Under the pieces are notes generated by a model. The model had not been told where the DNA came from. It searched no databases and saw nothing but the letters and a program-made list of their open reading frames with translations. A stretch of DNA of 64,000 bases. It comes from Antedon mediterranea (taxonomy: Eukaryota > Animalia > Echinodermata). Shown here piece by piece: positions 52,892 through 64,000 of this stretch. Positions within the stretch are counted from its first letter, which is position 1. Every line of letters begins with the position of its first letter. The position numbers and the translations under genes were made by a program. Location: NCBI RefSeq assembly GCF_964355755.1, contig NC_092672.1, forward strand, positions 29,580,437 to 29,644,436, given 5' to 3'.

Positions 52892-55800
52892 CATATATCG
52901 GCATGCCATAAACAATTTCAATTAATCAAACAGGTTATGCAGGCTGTTCAAGAAGTGAACACATAATCGTCCTCTTAAAATAACCAAGTCTATCATTAAA
53001 AAATATCGATATGATTGCTATTTAGATTATTAAATGTATAAGGTAGTCTATGAAAAAGTCCCCTCTTAGTACAGTCGACACGGCTAAAAGGAATATGCAA
53101 TAAATGTCTATTTCGTGTACGACCAGGAACATTTAAACTAAATAGTGAAATTAATGAACAGTCATATTTAGAATTTAAAATATTATATAGAAAAACCATA
53201 TCAGATATCGTTCGACGATTGCTGACAGAATCAATGGAAAAGGCAAAATTAACACAGTTAATTTAATACTTAATCAATACTGTCAACTCCAATTTGATCA
53301 ATTTGTCCCAATATTTTGCAGCTAATAAACTTTCTCTTAATCATAACAAATGTAGCTTCATCCTCTTTGGGACCCCACAACTATTAAAATCTATTGACTT
53401 ATCAGCCAACAAAATTACCATTGACAATTATGATATACCTTGTGTACAATCAGCTAAGTTTTTAGGTGTAGTTATGGACAGCAATCTAACGTGGAAAAAT
53501 GATATTAGGCCTAAAGAAGTAGAGAATAAAACTTCCAAAAGCGTTGGTATCATATCTAGGTTATCCTCATTTGTACCCCTTAATATTCTTCGAACCCTTT
53601 ACTGCTCCCTCATTCTTCCCTATTTGAGATACTGTAACATTGTCTGGGCCAATACTTACGTATCCAACCTCAGTAAACTGCAAATTATACAAAAGAAGGC
53701 TATCAGGATTATATCTGGCGCTCCACCGCGGTCCCATTCTTCCCAATTATTTTCAAAACTTAATCTCCTCAAACTCATTGATATAAACTTAATGCAACAA
53801 GGCAAATTTGTATTCTCCGCCCTGCATTCCACTTCTCCAAATCATTTAAACAATATGTTTATTCCGAATTTTTCTATTCACAATCCCTATACGTTCTAGA
53901 ACGGATATACACATACCTATCCACAATACCAATTATTTTCAAAACAGTATTAGATACTCCGGTCCATCAACGATAAACAGTTTACCACCCCCAGTTACAA
54001 ATGCTGTTTCAATTTTTTTATTTTTCAAAAAATTAAAACAACACAACAACTATTAAAAAGACAACAATCGAATGTCGCAAATTTGATTTATGCTCCGGAA
54101 CATTGATCTACTGTGATTTTTGAGTTTTATTTTCTGATTCTTCAATTTGATTGATCTATTTTTTTAAATTTATTTACTTATTCTTTTTATTTAATTTTTA
54201 TTTATTTATTTATTTTTTGTTTCCTTTTGTGTGCGTTTTTTTGTCTTGTTTGTTTCTCTTAATTTCCACTCTTATTCAATTATCCATTTTATTTACATAG
54301 GCATACCCAGCACATGATTTCCTCATCATGCCTTCCTCAATAGCCAATTTTCTTACTAATTCACATTTCTTTTGTCTATCCAACAATCATCTATTTCATT
54401 TTTAATATACCTTACCATTTCTGTTTATTATTTTGTATTGTTTTGCTATGGAGGAAAATAAATGTCTTTTGAAATGAAATGAAATTTACTTATTCGCCGT
54501 AGAGGGTGTAGATGCAAACAATTCCGCGGAACTAGTGTGGAAAATGTGAAAAGTATGTCAAGGGTCATCGATTCATACCAAAATAGTTTTGAGAAAATTA
54601 AATAGGTCAAGTGTTATAACGTTCGTAAAAAGCCAGTTATTAACTTATTCGGAGAGGCCGTAGATGCAAAACAGTTCGCGGAAGTAGGGTGGCAAATGGT
54701 AAAGTAGGCCAAGGGTTATCAATTCATACCAAAATATTTTGAAAAAATTAAGTAGGTAAGTGTTATAACGTTCGTAAAGCTAGTTACTTCACAGACATTC
54801 ATTATCATTCGGACCGTGCACAATAAAAGTTTGCTTTCAATATTTCAGCTAAAATAAAGTTATGTGAAAAAAGCTGGGGAAAAGTTATGTCTAGCAGCCT
54901 GGGACCACAGGCTTACCGACATGTCAAGCGCCCTCAGACCACAGGTTGGCCTTAAAATGAAACACAGAATGACCCTGTGTTTCATGACCTCTTTAGGTTA
55001 TTTGTACATATTCAGATGACATAGACCTTAAAATTGTGATACTTGTCAGCAAATGCCAGAGAGTTTTTATAATTTTGCAGTTTAGCCTAGGAACACAGGA
55101 ACCTTTTGTTTCGGCTACATTTGGATTTTATAGTTAAGGTTTTACACGTCTTTTTAAAAACAGAAACACTAATAACCTTTCCACTACAATGAATTTAGTT
55201 TCAGCAAAACAAAACTTCCATTCCATGATTTATTTTACTATTGTCTTCGTTCTCAAGGCAAAATCTTAATTTTAATTTCAATATACAGTAAGAAACAGAC
55301 GGGTGTATGTTTATGGCGTAAACACAATTAATGTGTTCCATCATCATTGTTGTCGTCGTCTTCATCATCATTTATTTTGCCATTTGTTGTGTCACCTATT
55401 TTATTTACCTTTCATTTTATCACAGAAAAGATAGAAGTATATCTACTAAGTAAACAAGAGGAATTTCTGAAAAATGCCAAGAAGTTTACACCAGCAACAT
55501 GGAATGAATCATACCAAGTCGATATTTCTGAACTATTCACAGAGTTGGAGCTACTCAGCAAAGAAAATACAAAAACCGAAAAGACTCAGTTAACGACATT
55601 ACAAGATGTGTTAGCTACCATCAAATCCATGCCTGCCTGCAAAGTCCTAATAGATGGTGAAGGTGGTATAGGTAAAACTACACTATTAAGGCACATTGCA
55701 TACAAGGCAGGTACAGATAAATCATTTGATGTGTTTGAAGGTAAAATTGTCTTTCTATTAAAAGTAAGAGATTTAGAGAAAGGGAAGGGAATCTTAGACC

Positions 55801-58800
55801 TTATAGTAGATCAACTCATCATGGAAGAATTTGATTTGGAAACAGATCTTGGAGAAGATTCAAAAGTGATAAAAAAATTCATATTAAAACATAATGATAA
55901 AATTGTGTTGTTGTTAGATGGATTTGATGAATTAAGATTTCAGAATAAAAATTTTATTCGTCTATTCAGACGGGAAACATTAAAGAATAGTGTAGTGATA
56001 ATGACCTCGCGAACAGAAAACATAAGTGCATTCATTAATGAGTGTAATGTACACGTGAGAGTAAAAGGATTCACGCAAAGAAACATTAAAACGTATATTT
56101 ACAAGCATTTTAAGCATTTTGGCAAACCTGACCTGGGAGAATCACTCATTAATGAGCTCTATGAACATCGAAAACATCAAGAAATATGCGATATGTCCAA
56201 AAATCCAATGTTACTTGTCACAATTTGTATAATGTGGGAGGACAACCAAAATCTTCCTCTCAATAAATCTGATCTTTTTAAAGAACTGTTTCGAAGTATT
56301 TTAAATCAGTTCATTAAAAAACAACAACACAATTTTATTTCAACATTTGATGATGCTCCAGAGGAGTATGTAAATGCTATGATTTGTTTAGGAAAATGCA
56401 TGTATCGTAACTTAAAAAGAAATCAACTTTCGATAAACAAGAAAACCCTTACAGGTGAAAAAAATACGATTGATATTGCCCTGAAACTTGGGTTTGTTTA
56501 TGAAGATGCACCAATTTCAAAGTCTAGCTTTGAAGAGAATTATATGCCTCCACACAAATTGATAGTTGAGTCATTGGTGGGATTTTATTTATACAAACTA
56601 TGTGAGAGTGAATCTATGGAAAACCCATTACTTGCGCCATTAGATGAAAATGAATGGAAAGAAATACGAGAAAGTGAGTATTTCAAAATAACAAGAGAAT
56701 TTGCCATTGGGTTCCTTGGAGCTGATGCTGGAACATTCTTAAAGCATTGGATTACAAATGATTTGGCAGCATATCGATCTATTGATAATTACTTAGAATT
56801 GGTGAAACAACACCATATGGATAATGTTGAACAAACATTGCTTAATCACATATCGAATACAAATTTAGAAATAAAAGAACATTTGGAAGATATTTCAAAT
56901 ACATTAAGAATGTCCATTCAGCATGTAAGCAAAGATGAAAACGTTGATAAACATTTTATAAATATTCTGAGGGAATTTCATAAAATATCGTTGCCTAACA
57001 ATTTTCGGAGTTTTTTAAATACAATATCATATGATTCTAAAGGAAAGGTTCTTACACACATTCTATGTATTTTAACGTATGATCAGTGTAACCTTACATT
57101 TGACTTGCATGATTGTAATCTATCAGGTGATGTAATGAATGCTGTGAGTAGAGAGTGTTCTTATAATGGAGTTGAGTTGAGATTACATCACTTCAATATC
57201 AGTGGTAATAATCTTAGTGACATTGATGGTGCATTACTGTGTAATCTATTGAGTATGATGACTTGGCTGGATACACTTGACATGCATGATTGTAATCTAT
57301 CAGGTGATGTAATGAATGCTGTGAGTAGAGAGTGTTCTAATAAAGGAGTTGAGTTGACATTAAATCACTTCAATATCAGTGGTAATAATCTTAGTGACAT
57401 TGATGGTACATTACTGTGTAATCTATTGAGTATGATGACTTTGCTGCGTACACTTGACATGCATGATTGTAATCTATCAGGTGCTGTAATGAATGCTATG
57501 AGTAGAGAGTGTTCTGATAATGGAGTTCAATTGCCATTACATCACTTCAATATCAGTGGTAATAATCTTAGTGACATTGATAGTGCATTACTGTGTAATC
57601 TATTGAGTATGATGACTTGGCTGGATACACTTGACATGCATGATTGTAATCTATCAGGTGATGTAATGAATGTTGTGAGTAGAGAGTGTTCTTATAATGG
57701 AGTTGAGTTGAGTTTAAATCAATTCAATATCTGTGGTAATAATCTTAGTGACATTGATGGTGCATTACTGTGTAATCTATTGCGTATGATGACTGTGCTG
57801 AGTACACTTGACATGCATGATTGTAATCTACCAGGTGATGTATTGAATGCTGTGAGTAGAGAGTGTTTTTATAATGGAGTTGAGTTGAGTTTAAATCACT
57901 TCAATATCTGTGGTAATAATCTTAGTGACATTGATGGTACATCACTGTGTTATCTATTGCGTATGATGACTGTGCTGAGTACACTTGACATGCATGATTG
58001 TAATCTATCAGGTGATGTAATGAATGTTGTGAGTAGAGAGTGTTCTAATAAAGGAGTTGAGTTGAGATTAAATCACTTCGATATCAGTGGTAATAATCTT
58101 AGTGACATTGATGGTGCATTACTGTGTAATCTATTGAGTATGATGACTTGGCTGGATACACTTGACATGCATGATTGTAATCTATCAGGTGATGTAATGA
58201 ATGCTGTGAGTAGAGAGTGTTCTTATAATGGAGTTGAGTTGAGATTAAATCACTTCAATATCAGTGGTAATAATCTTAGTGACATTGATGGTACATCACT
58301 GTGTTATCTATTGCGTATGATGACTATGCTGAGTACACTTGAAATGCATGATTGTAGTCTATCAGGTGATGTAATGAATGCTGTGAGTAGAGAGTGTTCT
58401 TATAATGGAGTTCAGTTGCCATTAGATCGCTTCAATATCAGTGGTAATAATCTTAGTCACATTGATGGTGCATTACTGTATAATCTATTGAGTATGATGA
58501 TTTGGCTGGATAAACTTGACATGCATGATTGTAATCTATCAGGTGATGTAATGACTGCTGTGAGTAGAGAGTGTTCTTATAATGGAGTTGAGTTGACATT
58601 AGATCATTTCAATATCAGTGGTAATAATCTTAGTGACATTGATGGTGCATTACTGTGTAATCTATTGAGTATGATTACTGTGCTGAGCACACTTGACATG
58701 CATGATTGTAATCTATCAGGTGCTGTAATGAATGCTATGAGTAGAGAGTGTTTTTATAATGGATTTGAGTTGAGATTAGATCATTTCAATATCAGTGGTA

Positions 58801-60197
58801 ATAATCTTAGTGACATTGATGGTGCATTACTGTGTAATCTATTGAGTATGATGCCTTTGCTGGATACACTTGACATGCATGATTGTAATCTATCAGGTGA
58901 TGTAATGAATGCTATGAGTAGAGAGTGTTCTTATAATGGAGTTGAGTTGAGATTAGATCACTTCAGTATCAGTGGTAATAATCTTAGTGACATTGATGGT
59001 ATATCACTGTGTTATCTATTGAGTATGATGCCTTTGCATAGAATACTTGACATGCATGATTGTAATCTATCAGGTTCTGTAATGAATGCTATGAGTAGAG
59101 AGTGTTCTAATAAAGGAGTTAAGTTGCAATTATATCACTTCAATATCAGTGGTAATAATCTTAGTGACATTGATGGTATATCACTGTGTTATCTATTGAG
59201 TGTGGTGACTTGGCATAGTACACTTGACATGCATGATTGTAATCTATCAGGTGCTGTAATGAATGCTATGAGTAGAGAGTGTTCTAATAAAGGAGTTAAG
59301 TTGCAATTATATCACTTCAATATCAGTGGTAATAATCTTAGTGACATTGATGGTGCATTACTGTGTAATCTATTGAGTATGATGACTTTGCATAGTACAC
59401 TTGACATGCATGATTGTAATCTATCAGGTGCTGTAATGAATGCTATGAGTAGAGAGTGTTCTAATAAAGGAGTTAAGTTGCAATTACATCACTTCAATAT
59501 CAGTGGTAATAATCTTAGTGACATTGATGGTGCATTACTGTGTAATCTGTTGAATATAATGACTTTGCATAGTACACTTGACATGCATGATTGTAATCTA
59601 TCAGGTGCTGTAATGAATTCTATGAGTAGAGAGTGTTCTGATAATGGAGTTCAGTTGACATTAAAGCACTTCCATATCAGTGGTAATAATCTTAGTGACA
59701 TTGATGGTGCATCACTGTGTTATCTATTGAGTATGATGACTTGGCGTAGTACACTTGACTTGCATGATTGTAATCTATCAGGTACTGTAATGAATGCTAT
59801 GAGTAGAGAGTGTTCTGATAAAGGAGTTAAGTTGCAATTATATCACTTCAATATCAGTGGTAATAATCTTAGTGACATTGAGGGTACATCACTGTACTAT
59901 CTATTGCGTATGATGACTTTGGGGAGTACACTTGACATGTGTGATTGTAATCTATCAGGTGCTATAATGAATGCTATGATTAGAGAGTTTTCTGCTAAAA
60001 GAGTTAAGTTGTATTTACATAATGTCAATATCAGTGGTAATAATCTTAGTGGTATTGATGGTACTTTACTGCGTTCTTTATTAAATATGTTACCTCAACT
60101 AAAGTTGCTTAACATGCATGATTGCTATTTATCAGATGGGGTAATTAGTGAAATAATGAGAGACTGTTCAAATAGAGGAGTACATTTTTTGGCATAA
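47955..60197 (+). CDS. NLR immune receptor: tandem DED-like death folds - NACHT - LRR array (~1782 aa)
   Basis: Exons 47955-48498, 49647-49679 and 55426-60197, both introns phase 1 and AG/GT, total 5349 nt in frame. Walker A GEGGIGKTT, Walker B VLLLDGFDE, sensor IMTSR, NPMLLVTICIMW, winged-helix PHKLIVE. DED-like ITPNNVDLL...AEDLV in exon 1. Confidence 0.9.
48998..49322. mobile_element. Hairpin-type non-autonomous element (Crypton-like)
   Basis: ~75-bp inverted arms (about 49011-49175) centred on GAGGCAAAGCCGAG; no TSD seen. Confidence 0.5.
49834..50428. mobile_element. Palindromic MITE with 8-bp TSD (P or hAT type)
   Basis: CAGAGCCATATATAGAGAGAGTTACG...CGTAACTCTCTCTATATATGGCTCTG; TSD cacggcca at 49826-49833 and 50429-50436. 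Confidence 0.85.
52305..54484 (+). mobile_element. 5'-truncated CR1/L2-group LINE (degenerate RT)
   Basis: IGIFIDLSKAFDTIDH, GVPQGSLLGPLLFILYIND, YADD, KFLGV, YCNIVW; frameshifts; AATAAA plus (gaaat)n tail. Confidence 0.9.
52724..53268 (-). mobile_element. CR1/Jockey-group LINE 3' fragment nested in the previous LINE
   Basis: RRTISDMVFLYNILN...LNVPGRTR...FSRV...LFHRL...DIF, related to 13010-13530 and sharing the 3' UTR motif aaaccaacagtg...aacagg; internal (TA)n; (aataa)n tail. Confidence 0.8.
57102..60194 (+). repeat. Coding tandem array: 17 full plus one half 177-bp (59-aa) LRR doublets
   Basis: Period 177 (57102 to 57279). Each unit holds two LRRs: LxxFNISGNNL and LxTLDMHDCNL. Confidence 0.97.
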
Positions 60198-60209
60198 AGA
60201 CACACAATA

Positions 60210-62425
60210 TAACTGGTGAATATAAACGTTTCCGTAACAAACTTAACACATTGATTAGACAAGTTAAAACTGATCACTTTAACAACACCTTCTCACAGCA
60301 TAAAAATGATATCAAAGCAACTTGGAAAATTATCAATTCTTTATTGAATAAACCTAAGAATAATCCGCCCGACTTACAAATCGAATGTGATGGCGAATTA
60401 TCAAATGATCCAATTAAAATTACAAATTCTTTTAATCAGTTTTTTGGACAGATTGGACCTACCCTTGCAAGTCAAATACCATCACATGCAACAAATTATA
60501 AAGACTACTTACCGAACCCTACTCTCAATTCCCTATTTCTTATCCCTGTTGACGAAAATGAAATACTCAACACCGTCAAATATTTCAAGAATAATAAGGC
60601 TCCAGGTTTTGACGATATTAGTACTAATATAGTTAAGCAAACATGTAGCCTTATCTCTCACCCACTTTGCTATATTTTTAACCTGTCTATGTCTAAAGGA
60701 GTGTTTCCAAACAAATTAAAACCTGCAAAAGTAACCCCCATCTATAAATCTGGAGTCAAGTCTGATGTTAGCAATTATCGTCCCATCTCCATTCTGTCTA
60801 TTTTCTCCAAAATGTTTGAACGCATCATTTATGATCGGACATACAAATTTATTTTAAAACACAATATTCTTTCTGACCATCAATATGGCTTTCGAAAAGG
60901 ATATGATACTTCAATGGCTTTTTTACAACTTACTAATAGTATTGTGGATGCATTTGAAAAAAACCATTTTGCTATTGGAACATTCATTGATCTCTCAAAA
61001 GCTTTTGATACTATCAATCATAACATTCTCTTATCTAAACTTTTCATTTGTGGAATCCGTGGACCTGCACATGATCTACTTAAAAGTTATCTGTCAAATA
61101 GATTTCAATGTACTAAGTATAGCAATGTTACCTCTCATTTTACACCAATATCATGTGGAGTCCCCCAAGGTTCACTGCTTGGCCCACTTTATTTTCTTTA
61201 TATATAAATGACATTTGTTCATCCTCTAAATTATTTTCTTTCTGCCTCTATGCTGACGATACTACCCTCCTTTATACAAATCCAAATATTCAGTCACTTT
61301 TTGCGGTTGTCAACCAGGAACTGACTAAAGTGTGTGAATATTTCCGAGCAAACAAACTTTCCGTTAACGTTAAGAAATGCTGTTCTATTTTGTTTCGAAA
61401 CACTCGCAAACCTGTAAATCTTGATGATAGACATATTAAAATTAATGAACATATTGTTCCACTCGTTGAAAATACAAAATTTCTTGGTGTTACCATTGAT
61501 TCAGGTCTCACTTGGAAGCAACATATGAAAGAAATTGAAAATAAAATATCCAAAAATATTGGTATCATTTTTAGACTCTTCTTTTCTTCCCAAAAACATT
61601 CTTCATACCTTGTATTGTACTCTTATTTTACCATATTAAACTATTGCAATGTAGTTTGGTGCAACACGTATGAGTCCAACACTAGCAGATTATTTATCAA
61701 ACAGAAGAAAGTAGTTCGAATAATATCAGGTTCACCACCACTAGCTCACTCAGATCCCTTATTTCCCCCCCCCCCCTAAACCTTTTAATGTTGAAAGATC
61801 TTAACTATCATCAACAGTGTACTTTTCTCTACTCATCGATTAACTCCCTAAACCCACCTCAATTTACAAATTTATTCCAACCAAACGCATCTTTTCACAA
61901 TTATAGAACTCGAACTATACAGGATATGCATATCCGTCTTCATAAAAAAACTTCATTTCAATATAGCATAAGATTTAGTGGACCTAAACTATGGAATAAA
62001 CTACCTTCAAATATTAAAGTTGCTGTATCTAAGAAAAGCTTTTCATTTAAACTTAAAAGATATATCACATCCAAGTATTAATTTTTATTATATTACATTT
62101 TATGATAATAATTTTAATGATGAGTAACAAGAAGACGAATCAATTCTTAATTTATACCAAAATTGTTTTTTTAGTTATTTTACTTATTTAGTTTAACCCA
62201 TGTTATGTAAATTTTTATATTGTTATTTCTTTATTTTTTTTATTTATTTTTTATTTATTTTTTTTTCTTTTTCCGTGTTGTTTAAATCTAATCTTTGTTT
62301 AGGCATGTCTGTCACAAGCTTTTTGCTTTTTTTGAACATGCCTTCTTCAATCATATTACCTTTCTTTACACCATTTTGTAGACTGTTTTATTTTGAAGAA
62401 AATAAATGTTACTTTGAATTGAATG
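60210..62425 (+). mobile_element. 5'-truncated CR1/L2-group LINE with near-complete, frameshifted RT
   Basis: KAPGFDDI, NYRPISIL, QYGFRKG, FIDLSKAFD, GVPQGSLLGP, YADD, KFLGV, GPKLWNKLP; frameshifts near 61195, 61580 and 61770; T-rich UTR, AATAAA (~62401) and ttgaa tail. Confidence 0.93.
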
Positions 62426-64000
62426 TAAAAATAACATTGAATGTAATCTACTGGGTTAATTGATTATTCCTCTCCTACTCAAACGTTCTGCCATCTCAAT
62501 GTGTGCAAAATGGATTCCACAAACAATTTTTTCTTTTAATAAGAAAAGTGTCACCAAATGGTGTTTTATAAGTAGAGCCTACTGCAAATGTGATTTGATG
62601 ATATTTTGTTTCAATATTGTACAAAGTGTTAGTTAGAAATTAATGAACTGTTTTCAATGCATTATAATCGCATTTACTATTAATTTACTCATTTGCATAG
62701 AGATGGTGATAGTACACAAATAGCATTGAAGTCATCTTGTATTTACTATTGATGTTTACTTGGATTAGAAAACTGACAGTATTAGACTAATAAACCTTAG
62801 TTTAACATTTTTGTTTTGGTTATGTAATGGATTAGAATATTAATCTGAAATACCAGTAGTATTTCTATTGGTCTATAAGTAATGTAAAATGGACTTTCAG
62901 AGTAGTTAAAGTAATAGTATAATGGTATTTGAAATAAATAAACCTTAGTTTGACATATGGTTATGTAATGGATTACAATATCTTAAATACCATTAGTAAA
63001 CTATTGTCTATAAATAATTTACAATGGACCTTCAGAGTAGTAAACTAGTACTGTATTTGTATTTAAAATAAGTGAACCGTCAAAATACTAACCTGACAAT
63101 TATTGACTTCAGTAGTATAGGAGTAAACTATTATTAGTTTGAAAGATCGGTTCCAACTAAGATGCAACGACATATTCAAAGTATTGACGCAATAATTATA
63201 TAAGATTTCGTGTCATAAGTAGCAACCGATGACGTAAGCACGGTACCGTAGACGTTATAACACATTTTCTGCTGCTTTACGTTCATCACGGCAGTTAATC
63301 TAATTTCTCGTAAGAGGTGGGGAGATGGGATGCAAAATTGATAGAGAGTATTTCCTTATCTTACGTCGTTGCGTTGTTTCTAGTGAGAACCAAGCTAAGG
63401 TATATACAGTAGGCCTACATTTTTTATACATTTTATTATTTTGTAATAATGAACTGAGTAGAATTACACCATACTGTAGATAAGTATCCGTTTACATTAT
63501 TTTGAGGATTGTTTTAGTTTCTTCTAGTTCTGAATAAAGAAAATGAAACAAAAGTTTTCTGTTAATTGTATTTATTTCAAAGATTGGTGCACTGACTAAA
63601 TTGATTATGTATTTGTGTTTTGGTATTTTATTAAACATAGTGACTTTTAATGAGAATGGTAATGTCTTCGATCTGGCGACTCCTAATGAAACAGTGTTAT
63701 ACCTGTGGAGTTATTTCGGTTTATCTTATCTAATAATTCATTTTTAAAGATCTGAAATCTTTCTTCGTAGCATGCAAATCATTAAACTGTTTGAGAAGAG
63801 TCTCGTAAAAACTGTAACGGACCGAACTTTTTATATAATTATCTCCAATTTCTGTGCGATTTATGTTTGGTTTACTTTATACGCTGGCGTTCGCATTTTA
63901 ATGCACGTGCGATCAAATATGTAGAAGGAAGATGTACTGGTTCAGAGATGACGTAGTTTATTATAATAAATACTGATGATACCTTGGTTATACATCACTA

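Larger units (their letters stand above)
49715..54992. mobile_element. Old TIR element spanning most of NLR intron 2
   Basis: ~95-bp diverged inverted ends: aggggtcgtgaaacacatgg...gcctgtggtccgagggcgctagacat versus atgtcaagcgccctcagaccacagg...gtgtttcatgacctct. No clear TSD. Confidence 0.55.

Noticed and set aside
55347-55425. N-terminus MLSSSSSSFILPF... of the 1616-aa ORF
   Set aside because: Intronic polypyrimidine tract; the true exon starts after CAG at 55426.

Overview
AT-rich eukaryotic (metazoan, probably echinoderm-like; this is inference) genomic DNA with GT-AG introns and dense repeats. I read two host genes, both on +. The first (386-4113) is the 3' part of a type I membrane receptor: EMI, a dead EGF exon, calcium-binding EGF, sushi/CCP, TM and an ITIM-like tail. 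The second (47955-60197) is an apparently intact 3-exon NLR of about 1782 aa: tandem DED-like folds, NACHT and about 17.5 near-identical 177-bp LRR doublets. Differences between those doublets are almost all non-synonymous and shuffled as a mosaic. Between 21.2 and 45.5 kb a ~0.7-kb RTE-X-like LINE remnant appears inflated to ~24 kb. It holds two copies of a non-coding palindromic element (~3.5-kb arms) with nested Ginger-, Mutator- and Academ-like insertions, a Kolobok-like element, and an inverted 180-bp piece between the palindromes. Also present: an orphan signal-peptide exon, an Academ-like transposase relic, HINE/DINE-like elements, CR1/L2-group LINE fragments, several minisatellites and a probable P/Galileo excision footprint. 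All family assignments come from motifs and termini read by eye; no database search was run.
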